From: Patescibacteria group bacterium
GTDB lineage: Bacteria; Patescibacteriota; Patescibacteriia; JAHIZJ01
Reading direction: 5' to 3'
Length of the DNA: 64,000 nucleotides
NCBI GenBank assembly: GCA_041650335.1
Contig: JBAZLK010000006.1
Coordinates: 5,788 to 69,787, forward strand
A program made the translations under genes and the position numbers. The notes under the pieces are model-generated. The model was not told where the DNA came from. It saw only the letters and a list, made by a program, of their open reading frames with translations, and ran no database searches. This document shows, piece after piece, positions 48,119 to 55,799 of this stretch (positions are counted from its first letter, which is position 1; every line of letters begins with the position of its first letter).

Positions 48119-48600
48119 AGCACGCGACCCTGAAAAAATCAACCGGCGCAAATTTCCGTTTCGCCGTCATCACTGCCCGCTTCAATCCAAAAATCACCGC
48201 TGGCCTGCTGAAGGGCTGTTGTCAGGCGCTGGAAGAATCGGGCATAAAACAATCACACATAACCCAACTCGAAGTGCCGGGCGCGTTTGAGCTGCCTTGG
48301 GCGGCGCAAGAAGCGGCGTTGAGCCGGAAGTTCGACGCCGTTATCTGCCTGGGAGCGATTATTCGGGGCGAAACCGACCATTACCAATACGTCGCTGCCG
48401 AGGCAGCGCGCGGCATTCGTGAAGCCGGCATGCGGACGAGGGTGCCGGTGATTTTTGGCGTCCTGACCTGCAATAATCTCACGCAGGCGGTGGCCCGTTC
48501 AACCGGCAAACACAATAAAGGCTATGAAGCCGGCTGGGCGGCAATCGAAATGGCTCGGCATGCAAAACGGCATCAGCAACTGGGTTTAAAAAAACATTAA
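48115..48600 (+). CDS. ribH: 6,7-dimethyl-8-ribityllumazine synthase
   Basis: FAVITARFN...VPGAFELP...GAIIRGETDHYQYV. Confidence 0.9.
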   Translation: MKHATLKKSTGANFRFAVITARFNPKITAGLLKGCCQALEESGIKQSHITQLEVPGAFELPWAAQEAALSRKFDAVICLGAIIRGETDHYQYVAAEAARGIREAGMRTRVPVIFGVLTCNNLTQAVARSTGKHNKGYEAGWAAIEMARHAKRHQQLGLKKH

Positions 48601-48641
48601 TAAAGGTACGGAACTGTTTGCTACCAGAGTAGTATGTATAT

Positions 48642-49490
48642 ATGAATTATCGAAATAACAATCTATTCGGCGTGCTCGGGAGTCCGGATTTTTGGCGTTT
48701 TGTTCGGTCGTCGATTAGTCGGCGAGTAATCTGGCTGCTTGTTATCGTACTTGTCGTTTTAACCATGGTCGGTCTTCGCGGTTATGCCGTCGGTAATTTT
48801 TGGATCATTTCCCAGTACCTGCAACTCTTTCCCTATCTTATTGTCGCACTCGTGGCTTATGTTTTTTTCAAACTTGCCGCCTATCAGAAATTCTTTTGGC
48901 AGGGCTATGCTCGTAAAATGGGTTGGTCATACGTAGAGAAAGGTCTTGAAACGGACGAACACGGTCTCATGTTCCGACAAGGCCACGGTCGGAATATTAC
49001 CAGCGTCCTGACTGGTACGCTGGATAACCGGCCGCTACGTCTCCGAACATACAGGTTTCGGATTGGCAGTGGAAGATCCAGCACGATCTATGCCTACACG
49101 GTATATTCGCTTCGCTTCCAGGGGCGGTTTCCTCATCTCTATCTTGATCACCGCCAGGATGGTTTTGGCACGCAAGCGGGAGTGCGGTTGCCCGTGCCGC
49201 GTGAATTTGAGGAATATTTTCACCTGTATGCTCCCGAAGAGTATGAGATTGAGGCCTTAGCAATTTTTACGCCTGAAGTTTTTGCCGGTTTGCTCGATCG
49301 TAAACTGTACTACGATCTTGAATTTGTTGACCAGGAGCTGCATGTTTACATTGATCAGCTTGCGTATGACGAACAAACCGTCGAAAAGCATCTCGCGATT
49401 GTCCGCCAAACGGTTCAATTATTTACAGAGGCGCTTGACGCCGCACGCTACGAAGAAATACCTCGGCACTCATCCACCCTACGCGGGTAA
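48642..49490 (+). CDS. hypothetical membrane protein
   Basis: 282 aa with two N-terminal TM helices followed by a soluble domain. No family assigned. Confidence 0.4.
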   Translation: MNYRNNNLFGVLGSPDFWRFVRSSISRRVIWLLVIVLVVLTMVGLRGYAVGNFWIISQYLQLFPYLIVALVAYVFFKLAAYQKFFWQGYARKMGWSYVEKGLETDEHGLMFRQGHGRNITSVLTGTLDNRPLRLRTYRFRIGSGRSSTIYAYTVYSLRFQGRFPHLYLDHRQDGFGTQAGVRLPVPREFEEYFHLYAPEEYEIEALAIFTPEVFAGLLDRKLYYDLEFVDQELHVYIDQLAYDEQTVEKHLAIVRQTVQLFTEALDAARYEEIPRHSSTLRG

Positions 49491-49491
49491 T

Positions 49492-50112
49492 ATGATATCA
49501 ATGGCTGAAAAAAACGAATTACTAGAAAAAATATCTGACGAGGTTAAAACCTGCCAGCGTTGTCCGTTGCACAAAGGCTCCATCCAGGCGGTGCCGGGCG
49601 AGGGGAATCCGCGGGCTGACGTGATGTTCATCGGCGAGGGGCCGGGCGCGGAAGAAGACAAACAAGGTCGACCATTCGTCGGTGCGGCCGGGAAATTCCT
49701 CGAGGAGATGCTGGGACTGATCGGCTGGAAGCGCGAAGACGTTTTCATCGGCAATGTTGTGAAGCACCGACCGCCGAACAACCGCGATCCCTTACCCGAA
49801 GAAATAGACGCCTGCTTCCCTTTTCTCAACGCGCAGATTGAGGCGATTCAGCCGAAGGTAATCGTCTTGCTTGGCCGACATTCGATGTACCGGTTTCTGC
49901 CGTCAAATTTTAAAATATCCCTCGAACACGGCAAGGTCTTCCGGCGCCACGGCCGATATTACGTGCCATTTTATCATCCGGCCGCGGCGCTCTATCAAGC
50001 TAGCCTGAAAAACATTCTTATCAAGGATTTTAGAAAGCTGCCTCGGATTTTGGAAAAAATATCGCTCGCTGGCGCCGAGAAAAAATCTGATAACATAGTC
50101 GAAACGCCATAA
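49492..50112 (+). CDS. uracil-DNA glycosylase, family 4
   Basis: CQRCPL 4Fe-4S ligand motif, GEGPGAEED and HPAAAL. Confidence 0.85.
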   Translation: MISMAEKNELLEKISDEVKTCQRCPLHKGSIQAVPGEGNPRADVMFIGEGPGAEEDKQGRPFVGAAGKFLEEMLGLIGWKREDVFIGNVVKHRPPNNRDPLPEEIDACFPFLNAQIEAIQPKVIVLLGRHSMYRFLPSNFKISLEHGKVFRRHGRYYVPFYHPAAALYQASLKNILIKDFRKLPRILEKISLAGAEKKSDNIVETP

Positions 50113-50153
50113 GTTTGGTATACTTAATTCCTAAGCCGATAACATTACCGTCC

Positions 50154-51071
50154 ATGATTGATACGAAAATTCTCGAAAAGATACCCGTCTTGGCAGGCCT
50201 AAGCACACCCGAGCTGGCCGCGCTGTCAAAAATTATCACGGTGAAGAAATACAAGAAAGGCGAAGTTTTGTTTGAACGAGGCGATGTCCGAAAATCATTT
50301 TTCATTGTTTTAAGCGGACAGGTTCATGTCTACCGGATGTTCAACGATGAGGTTCAGACCCTGGCCATCCTCGGTAAGAACAATTTCGCCGTCGAAAGCG
50401 CGCTGACCAATCCACGACTCAAACATGACCATAGCAGCGAAGTCACTGAGGCCGGCGACATGATCGAAATTCTCGGCAAGGATTTTCTCCGGTTAGCCGA
50501 TGACTATCCGCAAATCGCCAACAAGGTCTATGGCAACATCATCGCCAATTTAGCCGAGCGTCTCCATCATGCGAATAACAAACTGGTCACGATCTACTCG
50601 ACCGGCAAAATCGCCTCGACCTATACCGATCTCGATAATCTGACCGAACTGATTACGACGACGATCCTGAAAATCATCAAGGCAAACCGCGCACTCTTTG
50701 CCTTTTATCGGCCGAAGGAAGGGACGGTCTCGATCATCCAGGCGCGCGGGTATCCGAGCGACCAACGGATAAAAAATCTAAAAATAGATCTCTTCAAAGA
50801 TCCGCTCCTCGGACTGATGTATAAGACGCGGCGTGAAATTATCGTCACGCGCGAGATGTACCGGAAAAAAGCGGCGTTGCGTGTCGCCTATTCCAGCCCG
50901 GGCATGATGGGCGTGCCATTGCAGATCGGCGACCGGGTGGTCGGCGCCATCCTTCTGGGTGATAAAGTTGATATGCAGGACTTCAACTACAACAATCAAA
51001 TACTCCTCAATATTATTGCCCGACAGATTGTCCTGCCGATTGCGATGGCGGAGTCAGCTGAAACTGTCTAG
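50154..51071 (+). CDS. cyclic-nucleotide-binding domain plus GAF domain protein
   Basis: N-terminal cNMP-binding beta-roll (FERGDVRKSFFIVLSGQV) and a C-terminal GAF-like domain. Confidence 0.55.
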   Translation: MIDTKILEKIPVLAGLSTPELAALSKIITVKKYKKGEVLFERGDVRKSFFIVLSGQVHVYRMFNDEVQTLAILGKNNFAVESALTNPRLKHDHSSEVTEAGDMIEILGKDFLRLADDYPQIANKVYGNIIANLAERLHHANNKLVTIYSTGKIASTYTDLDNLTELITTTILKIIKANRALFAFYRPKEGTVSIIQARGYPSDQRIKNLKIDLFKDPLLGLMYKTRREIIVTREMYRKKAALRVAYSSPGMMGVPLQIGDRVVGAILLGDKVDMQDFNYNNQILLNIIARQIVLPIAMAESAETV

Positions 51072-51129
51072 CCTCATTCAATATACTAAAAAACACTTGT
51101 CCGTAATGGCCGAGTGTTTTTTTTATTGA

Positions 51130-51218
51130 TGGTGCCGCGGGAGAGCCCCGAACCATGCAAGATTCGGGGGAACTCTCATGGGGTTGCCCCGGACCCATCG
51201 CGGTTCGGGGTAAGTGTC
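51130..51218 (-). pseudogene. degenerate 3' fragment of tRNA-Leu(UAA) (variable arm, T-arm, acceptor, CCA) interrupted by two GC hairpins
   Basis: Reverse complement ...GGGGCAACCCCATGAGAGTTC[CCCCGAATCTTGCATGGTTCGGGG]CTCTCCCGCGGCACCA matches the 3' third of the intact tRNA-Leu. A 24-nt hairpin is inserted in the T-loop, and a second hairpin replaces the anticodon-stem 3' strand. Confidence 0.65.
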
Positions 51219-51478
51219 GTTGGCAAGCTGTCTCTAAACATCAGTTTCAACGTAGATCTGCCTTTTGATGTTTTAAAGTAACGCTCGCGTCGGACAGCAT
51301 CAAGTTTTGATAAAAAAGCTTCGTAGCCAATTATTGCCGGCCTGCCCATATGCGCAGTTGTCCAGCATTTACCATTGTTATGCTCGGTAATTCTACGCCT
51401 CAAGTTATTTGTTCTACCAATATACATTCGTCTCTGTGTCGGAGAAAAGAGGAAATACACATAATGCATAAAACTCAT
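51176..51478 (-). CDS. GIY-YIG nuclease family protein (small stand-alone GIY-YIG, UPF0213-like)
   Basis: HYVYFLFSPTQRRMYIGRTNNLRRRITEHNNG matches the GIY-(10-11)-YIG...R...E...N catalytic motif. The last 11 codons overlap the tRNA-Leu 3' fragment. Confidence 0.75.
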   Translation of the reverse strand: MSFMHYVYFLFSPTQRRMYIGRTNNLRRRITEHNNGKCWTTAHMGRPAIIGYEAFLSKLDAVRRERYFKTSKGRSTLKLMFRDSLPTTLTPNRDGSGATP

Positions 51479-51511
51479 CGTGTGTCTCCCTGTCGTTTAT
51501 TTCATTCCTGT

Positions 51512-51598
51512 TGGTGCCGCGGGAGAGAATCGAACTCTCATGGGGTTGCCCCCACAGGATTTTAAGTCCTGCGTGTATACCAGTTCCACCACCGCGGC
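51512..51598 (-). tRNA. tRNA-Leu (anticodon UAA), type II with long variable arm
   Basis: Reverse complement GCCGCGGTGGTGGAACTGGTATACACGCAGGACTTAAAATCCTGTGGGGGCAACCCCATGAGAGTTCGATTCTCTCCCGCGGCACCA. Confidence 0.85.
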
Positions 51599-51640
51599 AC
51601 CAACAAGATTGAAAAGTTTTTTAATTTGATTTTATCCGGC

Positions 51641-51720
51641 ACCACGCCAGGTGCCGGATATCCCGAACCCATCGTGGTTCGGGATAAGTCCTGCGTGTAT
51701 ACCAGTTCCACCACCGCGGC
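51641..51720 (-). pseudogene. 5' fragment of tRNA-Leu(UAA) (acceptor 5' strand through anticodon position 35) fused to GC hairpin
   Basis: The 36 nt GCCGCGGTGGTGGAACTGGTATACACGCAGGACTTA are identical to the intact gene, then sequence diverges into TCCCGAACCACGATGGGTTCGGGA. Confidence 0.65.
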
Positions 51721-51727
51721 AGATACA

Positions 51728-52195
51728 TTATCGAATAAGTTGGAAGAGAACAATCCCGGTGGCCACGGCGACGTTCAGAGATTCTTTCTGGCCGCGCATC
51801 GGAATTTCCACCACGCGGTCGGCCAGCGACAATATTTTCGACGGCAAGCCTTTTACTTCATTGCCGACCACGAGCGCGAAAGGCGCGCGTACCCGACAAG
51901 TGTTATATTGAACGCTTTTGCGGGATTGTTCAAGGGCGACAATCGTATACCCGTCATTCTTCAGACGCTTGATGAGCCGGACGGTCTGGGCGTGGTGTTC
52001 CCAGGGCAAATACTTTTCTGCGCCAAGGGCAACTTTGGCAATTTTGTGATGGGGTGGCCGAGGCGTAATGCCGCCAAGGAAAAGTTTTGTAACACCAGCT
52101 GCATCGGCTGTTCGGAACATGGCGCCGACATTGAACCGGCTCCGGATGTTATAGAGGACGAGGATAGCGTCATGGTTTTTCTTCACGACAGGCAT
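51728..52195 (-). CDS. SpoU/TrmH-family RNA 2'-O-methyltransferase
   Basis: SPOUT motifs VVGNEVKGL and IPMRGQKESLNVAVATGIVLF. Confidence 0.8.
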   Translation of the reverse strand: MPVVKKNHDAILVLYNIRSRFNVGAMFRTADAAGVTKLFLGGITPRPPHHKIAKVALGAEKYLPWEHHAQTVRLIKRLKNDGYTIVALEQSRKSVQYNTCRVRAPFALVVGNEVKGLPSKILSLADRVVEIPMRGQKESLNVAVATGIVLFQLIR

Positions 52196-52617
52196 TGCTG
52201 GACAAAGCCATCAACTACTTTTTGATACGCCCCGAAACTACATTCAGTATAGTTTTCTTTCGTCAGCCAGCGATAGCCCTTTGATTCCTCGTTGATAACA
52301 ATCTCGCCTTCGAGAAAACGGCAGCAATAAAAAACTAAGAACAGATTCATATTCGGATGTCTAACATTCGTCGGTGCGACGCGAAACTTAAAAACGTCAA
52401 AGAGATTATTAATCACAAAGCGTATATTTAAGCCGAGTTCCTCCAACAATTCACGGCGCAAGCATTCCGATACTGGCTGATCGATTTCCGACGCTTCAAT
52501 CCGGCCGCCGGGGACGTCCCAATATTCGCTATAAGCATCTTTCAACGCTAAGAAGCGCGAACCGTTCTGGAGAAAGGCTTTTATTCCTACCTGAAAATTT
52601 TTTCCTGCCATTGCCAT
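52183..52617 (-). CDS. NUDIX hydrolase
   Basis: Nudix box GGRIEASEIDQPVSECLRRELLEELGL. Confidence 0.8.
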   Translation of the reverse strand: MAMAGKNFQVGIKAFLQNGSRFLALKDAYSEYWDVPGGRIEASEIDQPVSECLRRELLEELGLNIRFVINNLFDVFKFRVAPTNVRHPNMNLFLVFYCCRFLEGEIVINEESKGYRWLTKENYTECSFGAYQKVVDGFVQQCLS

Positions 52618-52769
52618 GGTTTTATTCGTTCAATTATGTAAATTTACCATGAGGGACAGCAGGTGAACAAGCGCTTGTTCACCTGTGGTAGAGATTATCA
52701 AAAATGCCAATAAAATTGTATGAATAATTATTATAACTCTAATATTAGCCAAATATATTAAATAAGGTC

Positions 52770-52798
52770 TTGACAACAAGCAAAAAGTACGCTATTAT
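52770..52798 (+). promoter_or_regulatory. consensus sigma70 promoter TTGACA-17-TATTAT
   Basis: ttgaca at 52770-52775 and tattat at 52793-52798, at the start of an 800-bp gene-free region. Confidence 0.55.
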
Positions 52799-52804
52799 GC
52801 CTTG

Positions 52805-52993
52805 TTACACGATTGATTAGCGAACTTTATACGATCAAACGAGGAGAGAGTTTCCGCTAATACTAGCGGAATCGCCGCCCTGAGAAAGCGGCAAAAAAGC
52901 AACATTAGCCATATTCCTAGTTTAGGGTGGTGGTTTGTTGCGGCGTTCTCTCTTCTGATTGAACATCGCAGCAAAGCGCCACCCTTTTTTTTC
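52805..52993 (+). ncRNA. candidate small RNA (~190 nt) ending in a long Rho-independent terminator
   Basis: The transcript contains hairpins ccgcta-atac-tagcgg and gccgc-cctgagaaa-gcggc, and ends in an 18-bp imperfect stem GGGTGGTGGTTTGTTGCGGCG...CGCAGCAAAGCGCCACCC plus a T8 tract. No ORF. Confidence 0.35.
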
Positions 52994-53114
52994 TGCCGAA
53001 GCTCAACGTGTAGGCAGGTTGTTTGTCCGAATATCGGGGCTGATAGAGGTCACACATATTACATGGGCCTGAACTATCGCCCCGGGATTCGGGGAAATAA
53101 ACCAGAGGGGACGG

Positions 53115-53240
53115 ACATGGAGGGGAGTAGAGAACGGTTTGGATAGCTGATTCATTCGGGCTAACCCTCGAGGCTTCAGTGAAACAAACCGGTCCGCCGA
53201 GCTTCGGCTCAAAGACGGACACCTCGCCTCCAGCTTCGTC
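53115..53240 (+). ncRNA. structured RNA-like element, tandem copy 1
   Basis: Conserved blocks ACATGGAGGGGAGTAGAGAACGG, TGATTC, CGGGCTAACCCTCG, GGCTTCAG, GAGCTTCGGCTCAAA (a UUCG-capped hairpin) and CTCGCCTCCAG. The flanks of the UUCG hairpin are self-complementary (GTCCGCC / GACGGAC). Confidence 0.4.
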
Positions 53241-53332
53241 CCTTTGGGCTTCCGCCAGAGCGTACCGCGGCTATTGTCGATGGTATGCTCCGGCGGGAAA
53301 AGGCACCTTACAATAAATATCCCCCCGCACCG

Positions 53333-53456
53333 ACATGGAGGGGAGTAGAGAACGGTCCGCTGACCTGATTCTCCCGGGCTAACCCTCGCGGCTTCAGGAA
53401 AGCGCACTGGGCATGTGAGCTTCGGCTCAAAACATGTCAGTCTCGCCTCCAGTTCG
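53333..53456 (+). ncRNA. structured RNA-like element, tandem copy 2
   Basis: Same conserved blocks as copy 1. The variable segments differ but stay self-complementary (CATGT / ACATG flanking the UUCG hairpin; CTGAC / GTCAG), i.e. compensatory changes. Confidence 0.4.
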
Positions 53457-53503
53457 GTGCTGAGTATGCCTCGAACGTTGACAATTTATCCTCCGCCTGA
53501 CTT

Positions 53504-53512
53504 TGGTATAAT
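53504..53512 (+). promoter_or_regulatory. extended -10 promoter (TGgTATAAT) for island gene A, embedded in 12-bp inverted repeat atttatcctccg/cgggaggataaat
   Basis: tttggtataat at 53501-53512, with an inverted repeat at 53484-53495 and 53551-53562. Confidence 0.4.
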
Positions 53513-53617
53513 ACGAAAGTTAGACGGAGCCTCCTGACAATAGTTGTTGGGAGGATAAATTCAGGGTACGAGACACGGGGGTACGACACGGCAGAAATGC
53601 CAAGGAGGATCGAGATC

Positions 53618-54448
53618 ATGAAGAAGTTCTTCGTCGGCATGGGTGGCATCGCGGTCACGGCCATCATCTTGACCATCATCTTTGCCTTCTGGGGCCACAA
53701 TCTCAGTGAGCGCAAGGGCGAGCTGAACACCTGGAGCGGGGAACTGGCGAGCAAGGAGGCCGTGCTGAACCAGAAGGCTGAGGCACTCAACAACGCTCAG
53801 GCCGCGCTCAACCAGGCAAAGAACACGTTCGATGAACGCGTTCAGCGCGCCGAGTACATGCGGCAGCTCTTCACCGGCTTTCTGGCTCCGAGCTGGGAGC
53901 AGCAGGTGAAGATGGCGCGGGATTCCTACGGGGTCCTCGACCAGCGCTTCGATCAGTATCGCACGGTCGCCGAGGCGATGGCCAATCTCGGCAACTACAA
54001 CCTCACCTGGGAAGACGTCGGCATCAACGGCAACGAAGTGCGTTCGGCGCACGACCGGCTCGGACGCACCCTGGCGACCGAGCTGATCCAGTGCCTGGAC
54101 CAGCCGATCGAGTCACGGCGCGGACATTTCATCGGTCAGGGCGAAGGCTCGATCTCACTCGACGACCCCTGGGACGTCGGTCGCGAAATCGTCCAGCTGG
54201 TGAACGCCAGCGGGACGACCATCAAGGACTACGGCCTGAGCCCGGAACAATTCAGGGCCAAGCTGGTCCAAGACGCCCGCGAGCTCCTCGGCTATGCCCG
54301 GACCCTCAAGGGGACGGAGCAGTACCGCTGGGCCATGCAGTCGCTCGGTTCGTCCATCAACGAGTACAACATCGCCGGGCGCGAGCTCGGCCTCACCCAG
54401 AAGGAGAGGGATTTCCTCTGGGGGGAGTGCCGCTGCTACGTTCGGTGA
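53618..54448 (+). CDS. island gene A: hypothetical membrane-anchored coiled-coil protein
   Basis: RBS aaggagga; MKKFFVGMGGIAVTAIILTIIFAFWG TM helix, then a coiled coil and a C-terminal globular region. 63% GC. Confidence 0.45.
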   Translation: MKKFFVGMGGIAVTAIILTIIFAFWGHNLSERKGELNTWSGELASKEAVLNQKAEALNNAQAALNQAKNTFDERVQRAEYMRQLFTGFLAPSWEQQVKMARDSYGVLDQRFDQYRTVAEAMANLGNYNLTWEDVGINGNEVRSAHDRLGRTLATELIQCLDQPIESRRGHFIGQGEGSISLDDPWDVGREIVQLVNASGTTIKDYGLSPEQFRAKLVQDARELLGYARTLKGTEQYRWAMQSLGSSINEYNIAGRELGLTQKERDFLWGECRCYVR

Positions 54449-54517
54449 GCCCGACTCTCGCGTTGTTCTTCGGAACAAGGCAGGCGCGAGAATTCCAATG
54501 CACATCGCATATCTTCG

Positions 54518-54546
54518 GAGACGTCCTGCCCGTCTCCACCTTTTCT
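54518..54546 (+). terminator. Rho-independent terminator after island gene A
   Basis: ggagacg-tcctgcc-cgtctcc followed by accttttct. Confidence 0.55.
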
Positions 54547-54660
54547 GAGTCCGTAAACATGTTTTGTGAGCTCAGAGATAGGTAAGAAAACAATTCAAAA
54601 TAGTGAATTTATAAGGAAGAATAAAGAAAATCCCGCATGGCGGGATACAATAATTATTAA

Positions 54661-54691
54661 TTCTGAATTTTGAATTGTGAATTATTCTCCC
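54661..54691 (+). promoter_or_regulatory. conserved 31-nt intergenic element (TTCTGAATT...ATTATTCTCCC), copy 1
   Basis: ttctgaattttgaattgtgaattattctccc. The second copy at 57219-57249 is identical over its first 9 and last 11 nt. Confidence 0.45.
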
Positions 54692-54832
54692 TTGTGGCCG
54701 GCGATATCGAGGCTCCGAACTCTCTCCCGGAGTTTCGATATCTCTGGTCATATCACGACAGAGATCGGTTCTGAAACGCTCGTACCAGAGTGGTGCGAGT
54801 CATGCCTGAGCCGTTTCGTGGAGGATTGATCA

Positions 54833-55459
54833 ATGCGTACGGCGTTGCTCGTGGTGTTGTTGCTCGCGGTTCTGACCGGTGTGGCGCTGGCTGACCAGTG
54901 CCGCGATACCGGGGTCCAGCTCCAAGTCGTGGCGATCGGCGACAAACCGCTCGCTGCGAGCGGTACGAAGGCGATCTTCATCGGTGAATACCTGAAGATC
55001 CCGAGTGCTAGTACGGGTGGCGAGATCTACTTCGCTACCGTCGGGGTCAAGCAGCCCCTGCCGCACGATTGCTGGGTCCAGCCGGCCGCGAGTTACCTCG
55101 GCGGCTGGTACGCGAAACACGATGCCTCATCGTTGGCTCTTACCGCTGGGGCCAAGGCTGGGCCGGTGTACCTGACCCTGGATTTCAAGCGCTTTTCGGC
55201 GGTCGGCAATCACCGGACCAAGTTCTGGTACCACACGGTCGACTGGAAGTTCAACGGTCCGGCCGATCAAAAAGCGAAGGACAGAACCGGCGAGTACACC
55301 GTCGGGATCCACTTCAACAAGGTGGATCAGTCCGAACGCTGGGGGCTTCATCTGGCCAACCAGCTGAAACCCCATATCAGGCTAGAGGCCCGGTACTACC
55401 GGGTTCTCTACGGCGACGACCCGGTTCAGTACTTCCGGGCGCAACTGGCTATCTCTTGA
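54833..55459 (+). CDS. island gene B: secreted hypothetical protein
   Basis: Signal peptide MRTALLVVLLLAVLTGVALA. 208 aa with two Cys and no known domain. Confidence 0.45.
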   Translation: MRTALLVVLLLAVLTGVALADQCRDTGVQLQVVAIGDKPLAASGTKAIFIGEYLKIPSASTGGEIYFATVGVKQPLPHDCWVQPAASYLGGWYAKHDASSLALTAGAKAGPVYLTLDFKRFSAVGNHRTKFWYHTVDWKFNGPADQKAKDRTGEYTVGIHFNKVDQSERWGLHLANQLKPHIRLEARYYRVLYGDDPVQYFRAQLAIS

Positions 55460-55799
55460 CAGAACACCTCCGTGGCCGGGGCAATGGCCACAACCGGAGA
55501 GGCGCGCGCATTCCATGCTCAGCCCGCGCCTCTCCACCTCTTCCGAATCCTTGAGGCCATACCTCGATGGTTCAGATGAGTGACGCGGCATAAATTCACG
55601 TGGTTCGTGGGAGCTGACCGGAGTGCACATATGTGGGTTTCATATGTGTTCACTGCGGTCCGTTCTAGGACTTCGGTGGCAGGCTAGCCGCATGGTTTGT
55701 CTGACATCGATGGTAGTATAAGACGCGCCCGTGGCGTCTTTCGCGCCGGTCCCATAAAGCCGGCATCACTCAAGGGGGTTCCTGTTTCTGAGAGGAGTA

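Noticed and set aside
51120-51720. Group I intron with GIY-YIG homing endonuclease inside tRNA-Leu(UAA)
   Set aside because: The interval contains a complete, uninterrupted tRNA-Leu of its own. The flanking exon-like pieces cannot be spliced into a full tRNA because the anticodon-stem 3' strand is missing. The size of about 600 nt, including an 87-nt tRNA, leaves no room for a group I core.
52840-52900. TPP riboswitch (CUGAGA plus AAUACUAGCG motifs)
   Set aside because: The two motifs occur in the reverse order relative to the THI-element consensus. No ACCC...GGGG P2/P4 elements are present, and a terminator rather than a gene follows.
53003-53407. Minus-strand ORFs spanning the tandem structured repeats (also 52917..53222 and 53437..53793)
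   Set aside because: The repeat period is 218 nt, not a multiple of three, so the repeat is read in different frames. The motifs shared between copies (UUCG hairpin, compensatory flanks) are RNA-like, not protein-like.
53115-53456. CRISPR array or integron attC array
   Set aside because: Only two copies, repeat units of about 125 nt, no cas or intI genes, and the variable segments are internally self-complementary rather than unique spacers.
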